Counted from the first letter of the stretch, positions 28,636 to 38,697 are shown. The stretch: 64,000 nucleotides of DNA from an uncultured delta proteobacterium (GCA_963789265.1 CAWBKB010000001.1:384001-448000); one strand, 5' to 3'. Numbers and translations are program-made. The notes: a model not told the origin generated them from the sequence alone.

Positions 28636-28760
28636 AAACAGAGTCATCAAGATCGCTATAATGTAACCTACCGTGCATAAAGCTATTCCCGTGGCCAGGT
28701 TGTACTTGGCCTCAAGCGACCCGAGGACAAACGGGGCAAACGCTGAAAGTAAGAACATTG
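28620..28760 (-). pseudogene. 3' fragment of an MFS transporter
   Basis: SAFAPFVLGSL...IAILMTLFLPETK, the classic MFS TM11-12 'PETK' ending. Confidence 0.65.
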
Positions 28761-29889
28761 TCAAGACGATTGATTCGGTCAACAAAGGCCGCGTTTGGCT
28801 GCTGTTCCCCTTGGCCCGCCACTCCGGCACCAGTCCCGAACGGCGCTCGTACGCCATGGAGAAAGGGAACCAAAGTCAAAGGGATGTTCATGATGCTCCC
28901 CAGCGTCACGCTTGGACCTACCGCGCGTCTCACAGCCCCATCCCAATGGAACGCGATTCTATACGGAAAAACTCCCAGAAATTGTTCTTGTCCTCATTCC
29001 TCGATCTGTTGCACGAATAACTATCGGAACACTGATTAAGATGAGACAGGTTAACCTCAAAGCCGCGAGCCACCCGCGAAGCCTCCTTGGGCAAGACTCA
29101 CATTTTGGCGTCTGCTCTGCCCCCTAAGTCTGCCTCGGCCAGATCGGCGGTAAGTGGATGCAGCTAGTCTGACATTCGCCAAGATCATGGCCAATGGAAA
29201 CGTGATTTGACGCGGGGCGCTAGCTTAAGCAGTAGAGTAGGGGTTGACAGAATATTTGTCAATAAAAAAATAGATTGGAGACAAATTATGACCCGGCAGC
29301 CCCTGATGATTTGAACGTTGTCTCCCGCCTGTCATGCGGGAAAACAAACGGACCGTCAATGACTGAGCGGTCTAGACTGATGCTTGCCGACCGGCTTCTT
29401 GGGAATCAGAGGCTCCATCTTCCGCCATTGCTCATCGTCAGATACACGACTCGTTTGCTAACCGGCCTTACCTCCGGCGAGACAGATATGTCAAAAATAT
29501 CTGGAACCTAAAGCCTTCAAACTAGCCTGATCTCAAGTGCTTAACAGTAATGAACGGTTTTACAATCGGCTGTGGGGATTACAGGCAATAGAATATATAT
29601 CAGTGACTAAAATAACTTGACAATGATTATGGCGGCCCGCTATAGAATGGTCACATTGATCAAAAATTGCTTTGGATTTGATGATCTCTGTCGCAAATTA
29701 ACCGGAGGAAGACGAGACTTGGAGGTCGTTGGGCCAATATCTGGAAGTTCGACCAGAATGCTGTGTCTGAACCACTTTGTTCTGGCGTGATCCCTACTGA
29801 GGTTTTTTTTCGATTCCGAAAAGTGGAGCAGTTGACATTGTTCCGGTTTTTTTGACAGCGATTCCCAGCTTAGAAAGGAGAATCGGACT

Positions 29890-31464
29890 ATGAACATTAC
29901 TCTAACACCGATGCGATTTCTCGACAGAGCGTCAACTCTATTCGGATCCAGGACTGCGGTGGTTTGTGAAGGTCGACGCTGGACTTATACCGAGTTCAAT
30001 GAGCGGGTAAACCGCCTTTCCAAAGCGCTGGTGCGGCTGGGGGTACGACCGGGGGATCGGATAGCCTTTCTGGGCTACAATTCACATCAGCTTCTGGAAT
30101 GCTACTACGGTATCCCCAGGATGGGTGCCGTCCTTCTGCCGCTAAACATCAGGCTGATTGCATCGGACTTCGAATATATCTGCAATGACTCAGGGCCGAA
30201 TGTTGTGTTCATCGACCCGGAGTTGCTGGACAAGATCGAGCCTATCCTTTCAAAGATTCCGTCAGTCAAGGGATTTTACCTTCTCGAACCGATGGGAAAC
30301 CCGCCAGACTGGATTACCGGCCAGTACGAGGATCTCCTTGAGGGCGCTTCTCCCGAGCTCGTGTGCACCTCCGCCAACTTCCCGTTCCAGGAAGACGACA
30401 TGGCGGAACTGTTCTACACGAGCGGTACTACAGGGTCCCCCAAGGGGGTGATACTAACTCACCGCAATTTGTATCTACACGCTCTGTGCGCGATGGCCAG
30501 CATGCCCGTCGCGGAAACGGACATTCAACTGCATCTGATCCCGCTGTTTCACGTGAACGGATGGGGTACTCCTCATTATGTGACGGCCAAGGGTGGAGCC
30601 CACGTAATGGTGAAGAAATTCGATCCCGCTGGGGTCCTCGATATTGTCCAGAAGGAGAGGGTTACGAGGTTCTTCATCGTGCCGACAATGGTAACCGCTC
30701 TTCTCGAGCATCCTGCATTCTCCTCTTACGACAAGTCTAGCGTGAAAGAAATTCTCATAGGCGGGGCGCCGCCGCCAACCGGAATGTGTGCTCGGGTGGA
30801 GGAAGCCTTTGGCTGCGTGGTACACGGCGGATTCGGCATGAGCGAAACCTGCCCTCTCATCGCGTTGCCTGAACTGCCCCCCGATCTCGAACGTGAGACT
30901 TCTCGGCATCGTGCTCATGAAACATGGGGTTTCCCTCTTGTGGGTGTGGAATACAAGGTGGTTGATTCCGAAGGTGCTGAGCTGCCGTGGGACGGGAAAA
31001 CTGTGGGCGAATTGTTGGTGAGGGGCGACATGGTCATGAAGGGTTATCTGAATAAGCCTGCGGAGACCCAAAAGTCGCTCAAGGACGGATGGTATCACTC
31101 GGGCGACCTCGTTTCGATGGGACCAGACGGATCTTTATATATCCGAGACCGTATGAAAGACATCATCATCAGCGGGGGCGAAAACATCTCCTCGCTTGAG
31201 ATAGAGCAGGTCCTCTATTCTAATCCGGAGATCCTCGAGTGCGCTGTTATAGCCAAGGTAGATCCGAAATGGGGTGAGATACCGAAAGCGATAGTTGTTC
31301 TTCAACCGGGTTCAAAGTTGACCTCGCAGGACATCGTGAACTTTACAAGGGAACGAATGGCTCACTTCAAGACTCTGAGAGAAGCAGAAATAGTGCCGGA
31401 GCTGCCTAAAGGCGGCACAGGTAAAATACAGAAATCTGTGCTTCGCAAGATGTACGGCAATTAG
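29890..31464 (+). CDS. Long-chain fatty-acid-CoA ligase (AMP-binding)
   Basis: YTSGTTGSPKG, FGMSET, GWYHSGD, DRMKDIIISGGEN, GTGKIQK; AAGGAG RBS. Confidence 0.95.
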   Translation: MNITLTPMRFLDRASTLFGSRTAVVCEGRRWTYTEFNERVNRLSKALVRLGVRPGDRIAFLGYNSHQLLECYYGIPRMGAVLLPLNIRLIASDFEYICNDSGPNVVFIDPELLDKIEPILSKIPSVKGFYLLEPMGNPPDWITGQYEDLLEGASPELVCTSANFPFQEDDMAELFYTSGTTGSPKGVILTHRNLYLHALCAMASMPVAETDIQLHLIPLFHVNGWGTPHYVTAKGGAHVMVKKFDPAGVLDIVQKERVTRFFIVPTMVTALLEHPAFSSYDKSSVKEILIGGAPPPTGMCARVEEAFGCVVHGGFGMSETCPLIALPELPPDLERETSRHRAHETWGFPLVGVEYKVVDSEGAELPWDGKTVGELLVRGDMVMKGYLNKPAETQKSLKDGWYHSGDLVSMGPDGSLYIRDRMKDIIISGGENISSLEIEQVLYSNPEILECAVIAKVDPKWGEIPKAIVVLQPGSKLTSQDIVNFTRERMAHFKTLREAEIVPELPKGGTGKIQKSVLRKMYGN

Positions 31465-31477
31465 ACTGGGAGACGAC

Positions 31478-32732
31478 ATGCAGGCGGTAGGTAGTTATGC
31501 GGGAAACGGTGAGCGTGACATTGGAGACACTAAGGTATCCAGCACCAGATCGCGGATTTTGTGCGCGGCCGAAGAGGTCATGTCAGAGAAAGGGATTGCC
31601 GGATCATCCATTTCGGAGATAGCTCGAAAGGCTGGAGTGGCCGATTCCGTCATCTATCAGTACTTCAAGGGGAAACAGGATCTCCTCTTTTCTGTGCCCG
31701 GAGAGAGGATGAAGGAGGTTTTGGCCATCCTGGAGGAACAGCTCACCGGTATTCAGGACGTGCAGAGTCAGTTGCGAAAGATGATCTGGTTTCATTTGAG
31801 ATACAACGACACCCACAGAGGTTATGCACGACTCTTACTCCTGGAGTGCCGCTCATCCAAGGCTTTTTACGATACACCTGCCTATTCGTTGGTCAGGGAG
31901 TACGCGGGCATTCTCTCTTCTATAATCGAGCGGGGCATCAAGGAAGGCAAGTTTCGAGCGGACGCTCAAACCAAACTCGTCCGAGACGTCATTTTGGGGA
32001 CGTTAGATATGGAAACCGTAGGGTCTCTTGCAAGCGGCGAGATACCGGACAGTGAGGCGGATTTCGAAGACATTATGACCCTGGTGGACGCCATGATCGG
32101 CCTGAAGGAGCCTCAAGAGACCGGGCGAGTCAATAGGATGGACGAAATTATCAATGCCGCCCAGAAAGTGTTTGCGGAGAAGGATTACCGCCGGGCCAGG
32201 ATCTCAGAAATAGCCAAGCTGGTCGGCATCTCGGACGCTACTGTCTACGAGTACTTTCGGAACAAGGAAGACATACTGTTGTCCCTCGCGGAAAAGCGCT
32301 TCGACACCTACTTGCTGGATGTTTCAAACGTATTCGAAATCAAGAACCCGGTCCGCAAGCTTCGCAGGTTGATCAAGTACCATTTCGGCATCTTCCTCAG
32401 TCAACACGAATTCTTGAAGATCTTTCTGTTGCAGCTCCAGCTCAATAGATGCTTCTACGGGTCAAAAGCGTTCGACGCGTTCCGCTCGTACCTGCAGCGT
32501 GATTGAGAATGTAATCCAAGAGGGAAAAGAAGCGGGTATTTTCTCATCAGCGGTCAACAAACGGGTCTTCAGAAACATGTTTCTGGGTGCATTCAGCCAC
32601 TTGGCGCTGCGTTGGCTCATCGTGCGCGAATCCACCGACACTGACAGGATGGAGGAGATAAATGAGGTAACTGACCTGCTCGCGTCGGCTGTGACAGTGC
32701 AGCCGGTTCGAGACCAGCCGGCACAGGATTGA
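31478..32732 (+). CDS. Tandem-domain TetR/AcrR regulator, +1 frameshift at 32498
   Basis: Two HTHs (ISEIARKAGVADSVIYQYF, ISEIAKLVGISDATVYEYF); the C-terminus continues in ORF 32499-32732. Confidence 0.85.
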
Positions 32733-32777
32733 CTCGACTGAATTCGAAGATAGGGCTTCAGAAATTCCGGGTACAAG

Positions 32778-33329
32778 GAATTCCGGGTACACCATACTCA
32801 ATTCCCTTTTGAAGTTCCTTTTGGTACGGGTTTCCGCATGACGAAAATAGGCCGTAATTCTGCGATTGCCTCGCTGTATGACGTGATGAGGCATTCTCGG
32901 AGCCACCCCTCGTGCTGCCTGACCGAAAGGCGTGCCTCATACCAACTCCCATAGCTAGAAAGCTACAACGAAGCATGAAAACGTCAGTAGGACCGGCATC
33001 TTGCCGGTCGGTAACAGGACGTTTTCATAGGATTTGCTTTCGCACAAGTGGCACCGTGTTTCCGGTAGGGGCGGGTTTCAAACCCGCCCTTACATATCGT
33101 CATGCCCGCATAGGCGGGCATTTGTAGGGGCGAATGGCATTCGCCCTGGGCGACCGCCGGTCGCCCCTACAGTCCCCGGATCGAAGTCCGGAGTGATCTC
33201 GCGGAACGCGGGATAGGCAGGACGCCTGCCCCACCATATCCTCGCAGGGTTATCACTTGTTTGATGGCGCACTGGTATTAGAGAATAAGATTCGTTTGTC
33301 AACAATCAAGTATGGTGTACCCGGAAGTA
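32778..33329 (-). mobile_element. RAYT-derived miniature element interrupted by a nested insertion
   Basis: Same ends and interior as 33923-34131, with 32940-33277 inserted. Confidence 0.8.
32940..33277. repeat. Nested TACCA...TGGTA element carrying a cluster of GTAG-type REP palindromes
   Basis: GTAGGACCGGCATCTTGCCGGTC (32987), GTAGGGGCGGGTTTCAAACCCGCCC (33065), GTAGGGGCGAATGGCATTCGCCC + GGGCGACCGCCGGTCGCCCCTAC (33124-33170), GGCAGGACGCCTGCCCCAC (33216). Confidence 0.75.
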
Positions 33330-33359
33330 TCAGACGCTCATTTCTTTCGTCCAGGATGC

Positions 33360-33815
33360 TTACGGCTCCTTTCCTATTATCGCCCTGGCGGCCAAAGCGG
33401 TGATTATCCCGTAGGGCAGATTTATCAGCAGCAGGTAGACTGTGAACACCGGCCCCCCAAACTGAAGCCCGAAATACCCTGCGCCCCTCATCGGCAGGAA
33501 GATCAAAAACAACGCCAGCACCGGTGCGAGGAAGTATAGAAGACCGAACAGGTAGAGTCGCTTCCAGGCGGTCTTGATAAGGAGCCCGAACGGGATGCCC
33601 CACAGCCCGCCCCAGAAGAGCGGCCTGTATACATCCGGCGCTTTCAAGGAGATCGGGCCCTTTACCCCGAATATTGCGCTAACCCCGAACCCAAACAGGA
33701 TGTGGCTGAAAAGGACCACGGCCAGTCCGCCTACAACCCCCGCCGTGAAGCAGATTGCCACCCGTTGTATCAGGGTTAAACCTTTTCCCATCACGTTCAA
33801 ACCTTTTTCGTCCAT
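33360..33815 (-). CDS. Small 4-TM membrane protein
   Basis: Hydrophobic ORF, YRPLFWGGLWG motif, AAGGGG RBS. Confidence 0.75.
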   Translation of the reverse strand: MDEKGLNVMGKGLTLIQRVAICFTAGVVGGLAVVLFSHILFGFGVSAIFGVKGPISLKAPDVYRPLFWGGLWGIPFGLLIKTAWKRLYLFGLLYFLAPVLALFLIFLPMRGAGYFGLQFGGPVFTVYLLLINLPYGIITALAARAIIGKEP

Positions 33816-33922
33816 GTTCAAACCCCCTTTATTGGTGCGCCACAAGAAGGCCTTGCAGAAGGTTGCCAGCCCATATACCATGCTCATACGGTAAACTGCG
33901 AAAACCTCTTAATTATCTATAG

Positions 33923-34131
33923 GAATTCCGGGTACACCATGCTCAATTCCCTTTGGAAGTTCCTTTCGGTCCGGGTTTCCTCATGACGAAAAAAGGTCGG
34001 CAGTCTGCGATTGCCGCGCCGTATGACGTGATGAGGCATTCTCGGAGCCACCGCTCGTGCTACTTGACCCAAAGGCATATCAGAGAATAAGACTGGTTTG
34101 TCAACAATTAAATGTGGTGTACCCGGAACTC
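33923..34131 (-). mobile_element. Complete 209-bp RAYT-derived miniature inverted-repeat element
   Basis: Ends GAATTCCGGGTACACCATGCTCAATT / AATTAAATGTGGTGTACCCGGAACTC; interior encodes GQVARAVAPRMPHHVIRRGNRRLPTFF. Confidence 0.85.
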
Positions 34132-34142
34132 CCATTTTCTTC

Positions 34143-34187
34143 TTGACACTCGGCCGGCAAAGTTTTACACTTCGTAATATGTCGAAT
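34143..34187 (+). promoter_or_regulatory. sigma70 promoter and ArsR operator-like palindrome
   Basis: TTGACA(34143)-17 nt-TACACT(34166); TTCG-TAATATGT-CGAA overlaps the predicted transcription start. Confidence 0.7.
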
Positions 34188-34556
34188 AATAGAACCGTAA
34201 ACCTGCAGCGATGCGCCGACATGTTCAAAGCGCTGGGCAATTCCCATCGACTGGCCATCTTTCTCAGGCTCATCTCCTGTTGCCCTCCGGGCACCCAGTG
34301 GGTGGAAGGGCCTGAATCGCGGCGGGTCGTGGGTCAACTGGGTGAAGAACTGGACATTGCCCCGTCGACGCTTTCTCACCACATCAAAGAACTTCGCACA
34401 GCCGGACTCATCCGTGCAGAAAGGCGAGGCAAACAAATCGAATGCTCGGTCGATGCGAAGGCGCTGGACACCTTGATTGATCTTTTGGCAGGTCAAAGAT
34501 CGGATGATTCACCTGCGGGTCAGAACCGTTGCCGTACGTGCGAAGAGGCGGACTGA
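34179..34556 (+). CDS. arsR: ArsR/SmtB regulator
   Basis: FKALGNSHRLAI, SCC pair, PSTLSHHIKELRTAGLI, ERRGK; upstream of arsM. Confidence 0.88.
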   Translation: MSNNRTVNLQRCADMFKALGNSHRLAIFLRLISCCPPGTQWVEGPESRRVVGQLGEELDIAPSTLSHHIKELRTAGLIRAERRGKQIECSVDAKALDTLIDLLAGQRSDDSPAGQNRCRTCEEAD

Positions 34557-34717
34557 AGCTCCGATCATCAGGTCACTTCACTCCTCAAAATTCCTGAACA
34601 TAGGTAGCACAGGTTTCTGTCCGGCCTACTCACGTGGATACGTTGGTCCGCTTGAAGGGTCGTGTCAGCGCAGAGGAGTTCTTTATCTTTATCACCCGGA
34701 AAGGGGGACGATCACAA

Positions 34718-35245
34718 ATGCTTTCAACAAGTGCAGTATCAAAGGACCTGGGCCGCATGATGGAACTGGCTCAACTGGGATTCCATTGCAGCGACATACT
34801 TGTCTTCATGGGCCTGGAGGCTCAGGGGAAGGTCAATCCCGATGCCGTTCGACTTGCGTCTGCTCTCGCCGGCGGTGTCGGCTCGTCCGGAGATATCTGT
34901 GGGGCATTCACAGGAGGTGCTTGTCTTCTCGGACTCTATGCCGGCAGGGGCGTATCCGACGAAGAAGAGGACCCCAGGCTCCGCATGATGATCTCAGAGC
35001 TATTGGACTGGTTCTCGGCTGAGCAGGAAAAGCGATACGGCGGGATTCATTGCAGCGAAATCACCGAGGATGATCCTCAAAACATGCCTATGAGATGCCC
35101 TCAGATTGTCGCGGCTGTTTACCGCAGAGTAAGGGCAATCCTTGACCAAAATGGCTTCGACTGGAAAGTTGGACCAAAGCCGGTGAGACGAAGGGAAACA
35201 GCGTCCTCTTGTAGCGCTGCCTGCCCGGTTGCAGCGAGGCTGTGA
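34718..35245 (+). CDS. C_GCAxxG_C_C family putative redox protein
   Basis: GFHCS, ICGAFTGG, GIHCSEI, RCPQIV motifs. Confidence 0.88.
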   Translation: MLSTSAVSKDLGRMMELAQLGFHCSDILVFMGLEAQGKVNPDAVRLASALAGGVGSSGDICGAFTGGACLLGLYAGRGVSDEEEDPRLRMMISELLDWFSAEQEKRYGGIHCSEITEDDPQNMPMRCPQIVAAVYRRVRAILDQNGFDWKVGPKPVRRRETASSCSAACPVAARL

Positions 35246-35274
35246 CCAAAGCGCTCATTTGATAGGAGTACCAG

Positions 35275-36079
35275 ATGAAAGATACAGAACCGGTTGAAAT
35301 TAGGGAGTCCGTGAGGAAAAAATACGGTAAAATAGCGCATCAGAGGCCCTCATGCGGGTGCGGGCCCCCAAGCTGCTGCGGAGGCCCTGCATCCGGACCT
35401 GACGGTTCGTCCGCAATCCGGGTGGGATATTCGCGGGAAGATTTAGAAACCGCGCCATTGGGGTCCGAATTGGGGCTTGGGTGCGGCAATCCGCAGGCCG
35501 TGGCCCATTTGCAGCCCGGAGAAATCGTTTCTGGATCTCGGTAGCGGAGCCGGATTTGACAGTTTTCTGGCGGCCAAAAAAGTAGGACCAACCGGACATG
35601 TCATCGGCGTGGACATGACCCCGGAAATGCTGGACAAAGCGCGGGACTTCGCGAAAAACGATTCGTACCCGAATGTGGAATTCCGACTGGGAGAGATCGA
35701 AAACCTCCCGTTGGCGGATGCCAGTGTGGACGTGATCATTTCCAATTGTGTGATAAATCTTTCCATAGACAAACTGCGTGTCTTCCGCGAGGCATTCCGC
35801 GTTTTGAAGCCGGGAGGCCGACTGGCCATTTCCGACATAGTCGCTATTGGAGAATTGCCCGATAATATCCGTAGGGATCTCGATCTGTATGCAAGTTGTA
35901 TTTCAGGAGCCATCAGCCTTGCCGAAATTGAAGGGATGCTTCAACAATCGGGGTTCCAGGACATACGTATTCGATGCAAAGACCGGAGCGGCGAGTACAT
36001 TAGTCACTGGGCCAAAGCAGACAATATCAAGGATCTGATTGCCTCGGCGTCTATTGAAGCGGTGAAGCCAACGCAGTAA
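35275..36079 (+). CDS. arsM: Arsenite methyltransferase, +1 frameshift at 35528-35530
   Basis: SCC N-terminus, LGLGCGNP, then LDLGSGAGFD, GVDMTPEM, ISNCVINL, SCISGA in the next frame. Confidence 0.9.
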
Positions 36080-36253
36080 CCGGAGAGACTTCCAAACAAA
36101 AAGATACGGTGCAGGAGCGGAACGCGTGGCACGGTATGTAAAAGCACCTTTTACAGCCAGGCCGTAAGCCCGCTCCTGCTCGGCCAGCCGAAAAGCAGGG
36201 AACAGTCTCAGGGAAAATGGGCGGCGACAGTTGAAAAGATGGCCCTGGAAGCC

Positions 36254-36301
36254 GGCAGTCCCAAGGGGTTTAGAACCCCTGTCTCCGCCGTGAGAGGGCG
36301 G
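36254..36301 (-). repeat. tRNA-Glu 3'-end duplication (att site) 1
   Basis: 48 bp matching 47904-47951 with one mismatch. Confidence 0.9.
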
Positions 36302-36387
36302 GCCAACAAATAATAATATCAATCACTTGACCAATTTGCTCGAATTCCGGCGCTCTCAACATCCGTCATAGTAACCTGAAATCCATC

Positions 36388-36600
36388 TTACAAGTCACGC
36401 AAGAGCAGCTCATACTCTGCATGAGAACCGACCCAGAACTACACTATAGCATCATCATCCTTCAGGCCCAAAGCTCTCCAACCGATACCGACACGAATGG
36501 GATAAACGGGCATGCGCTTGCCGACGAGCTTAAACTTTACGTTGGGATGGTTAGGATTTTCTTTCCATAACTTGTAGTTTTTGCGGCCAAGATGACGATG
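36388..36600 (-). pseudogene. RelE/ParE-like toxin relic
   Basis: YKLWKENPNHPNVKFK...IRVGIGWRALG...IV, then FWVGSHAEYELLL in a shifted frame; no start codon. Confidence 0.7.
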
Positions 36601-36616
36601 CACCTCAAAATTGGAA

Positions 36617-37102
36617 TTATCGAGTTCCCCATTGTGTGTCGAGATGCGGATCGTATTCTTGATCGTCGTCCGGTCGAAACCCTTTCTCATATTCAAAAAG
36701 ATCAACCACGTGCCCCTGCATATATGGACGGCCAGTCCTAGGGCAACGGTGAAATTCCCAAGTGTGTTCAAGATATGCCTTGATAAGTTTACTCCTAGGG
36801 CTACGCTCAGGCCGGTAACTGTACGTCAAATTCATTTTTGTCTTGGCAATCGTTTTCTCCTCCCCCTCATGCACCCGAATATCGAAGTAATGGTGTTGCT
36901 CGTCAAAAAACTTGCGCTTCGTAATCTGATGATCCTCGAAATCCGCATATCCCTCCCATCGCTTCGTTCCGAATTCCATGTAAAAACCTTCTTCGGCAAT
37001 GATAGGAAGAAAAGCTGAGAGGCCCGCCTGTAGATCGTGGAGCCGAGCCCATTCCAGAATTATCTCTCTCGCCTCTTTTTCCGTAACAGGAGCCTGTGTC
37101 AT
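36617..37102 (-). CDS. Hypothetical protein, probable NTF2/SnoaL-like fold
   Basis: GGAGGG RBS; pattern W..L.D...GYADFE....FFDEQH...HTW. Confidence 0.65.
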   Translation of the reverse strand: MTQAPVTEKEAREIILEWARLHDLQAGLSAFLPIIAEEGFYMEFGTKRWEGYADFEDHQITKRKFFDEQHHYFDIRVHEGEEKTIAKTKMNLTYSYRPERSPRSKLIKAYLEHTWEFHRCPRTGRPYMQGHVVDLFEYEKGFRPDDDQEYDPHLDTQWGTR

Positions 37103-37441
37103 GAGAATTCCCTCCACAGGCTGATAATACACCAGGAGTCGGAGCAGACGCAAGTTTGCCGCCAGCAGACAGTCCGGAGTTGTCACAGGATACTTGGACT
37201 GGAATCATGCGGTGGACCTGCCCCCTTATTCGATAAGTCCAATTGCGCTGTTGACTAGCGCTGTGCAAATGCCGAAGTTTTGTTAATAGGGTTTCGTCGG
37301 CTTCGCGCCAAACCGAGGATATGTGCCTTGGATGGCAATTGCGGGAGCGCTTCGCTCTGCCGACGATCTCACTGCGAAGGATCTTGAACAAGGCACCGAT
37401 AGCACGGCGTCCGGCAAATAATACAGAGAAAGGAGTTAACA

Positions 37442-37852
37442 ATGGCCGCCATAGATAACAGGACATTGGTTCGTTCACGCATCGAAAAGGGATGCAACCA
37501 GCACGATCTGGATGCTGCTTACGAGTTGGTCAATGAAGACTACATACTGCACGACCCAGCGATGCCGGACTCTCAAGGCCGCGAGGCTCATAAAGAAATG
37601 TGCAAGGGTTTTGCTGATGCAATGCGGGACTCCCATTGCACCATAGAAGACCAAGTCGCGGAGGGAGATAAAGTGGTGACACGCTGGACATTCTCGGCCT
37701 GTCAGACCAAAGACCTGCCAGAATTGCCGTCCAAGGGCAAGTGCTTCAAGGTGGACGGGATCACCATCAGCCGAATCGCTGACGGAAAGGTTGCGGAAGA
37801 ATGGGTGAACATGGACGCTTTGGGCATGCGGCAACAACTCGGGAGCGCCTAA
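37442..37852 (+). CDS. Ester cyclase / SnoaL-like protein
   Basis: TIEDQVAEGDKVVTRWT, GITISRIADGKVAEEW, DALGMRQQLG. Confidence 0.9.
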   Translation: MAAIDNRTLVRSRIEKGCNQHDLDAAYELVNEDYILHDPAMPDSQGREAHKEMCKGFADAMRDSHCTIEDQVAEGDKVVTRWTFSACQTKDLPELPSKGKCFKVDGITISRIADGKVAEEWVNMDALGMRQQLGSA

Positions 37853-37883
37853 ACAACCCGGTCACTGAACCTTCCCTGTAAGT

Positions 37884-38042
37884 TTCGGGGACACCGCACT
37901 TAATTTGGGTTACGATCCGCTAATTAAGGAAGGTGTCCCCAAATCTCTCAGATCTCATTTTTGTGCAGCCATCATTGTACAAGAATTCCGGGTACACCAT
38001 ACTCAATTCCCTTTGGGGGTTCCTTTCGGTTCAGGTTTCCGC
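37884..38042. mobile_element. Minimal 60-bp inverted-repeat pair plus a truncated left half of the RAYT miniature
   Basis: TTCGGGGACACCGCACTTAATT...AATTAAGGAAGGTGTCCCCAAAT (37884-37944); GAATTCCGGGTACACCATACTCAATTCCCTTTGG from 37983. Confidence 0.7.
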
Positions 38043-38154
38043 CTATGGAATACTCTGGCAAGCTCGTTTTCCTGTCTAGTTATGAAATCATCACGCCCGC
38101 GGGGCCTGCCGGTTCGTTCGTGGAGACGCAAGCTCTGATGTCGAGGTGATATGC

Positions 38155-38203
38155 TGGCAGTCCCAAGGGGTTTCGAACCCCTGTCTCCGCCGTGAGAGGG
38201 CGG
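38155..38203 (-). repeat. tRNA-Glu 3'-end duplication (att site) 2
   Basis: 49-bp perfect match to 47903-47951. Confidence 0.92.
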
Positions 38204-38697
38204 GCCAACATAGGTATAATATCAGTCAGTTAACTGATTTTCCCAAATTTGAGCACCCTCAACATCTCTGAATGTAACCCGAAATTACTCGACATTCAAG
38301 TAAAACGGGGGAAAGCGGGGGTTGACCATGAGGGACAGTGACGTTGACACGGAGGAGGACCTTGAGATAGGCTTAAACGACTGCATGAAGAGGGTCCTTG
38401 CGAGGAAAAGAGACGGCGGCTACTCAATTCGCGTGTGTCGATAACGCCAGAAACCGCAGCGTGAAAGTCCGAAATATTGAGGAGCAGCTACCAAGATCTA
38501 TAAAACAGGCCCGAAAATTATTGTATGTCATTCGCGACCGTACTGAACGCTAAACGGATTCTTCCGAGGATGAGTAATCTCCGTGACTCATGGAATTGCT
38601 ATGGATGGACTGGTGAGCAGATGCTCCGGCACAATGTTGAATTCTCGTTGGTCCCCGTCACGTACAGATTTGGACGGACGGGCCATGGGGCCGAATA

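Noticed and set aside
28760..29130. Transposase remnant at the edge of the low-GC block
   Set aside because: Composition shifts here, but no frame gives a motif I can assign.
32547..32906. ORFs containing ELSMVYPEF as real proteins (also 33917-34294)
   Set aside because: They are translations through the miniature element and its inverted repeat.
38410..38490. c-di-GMP/GEMM riboswitch upstream of the PAS kinase
   Set aside because: Some pairing potential, but the conserved P1/P2 core and tetraloop-receptor are not recognisable.
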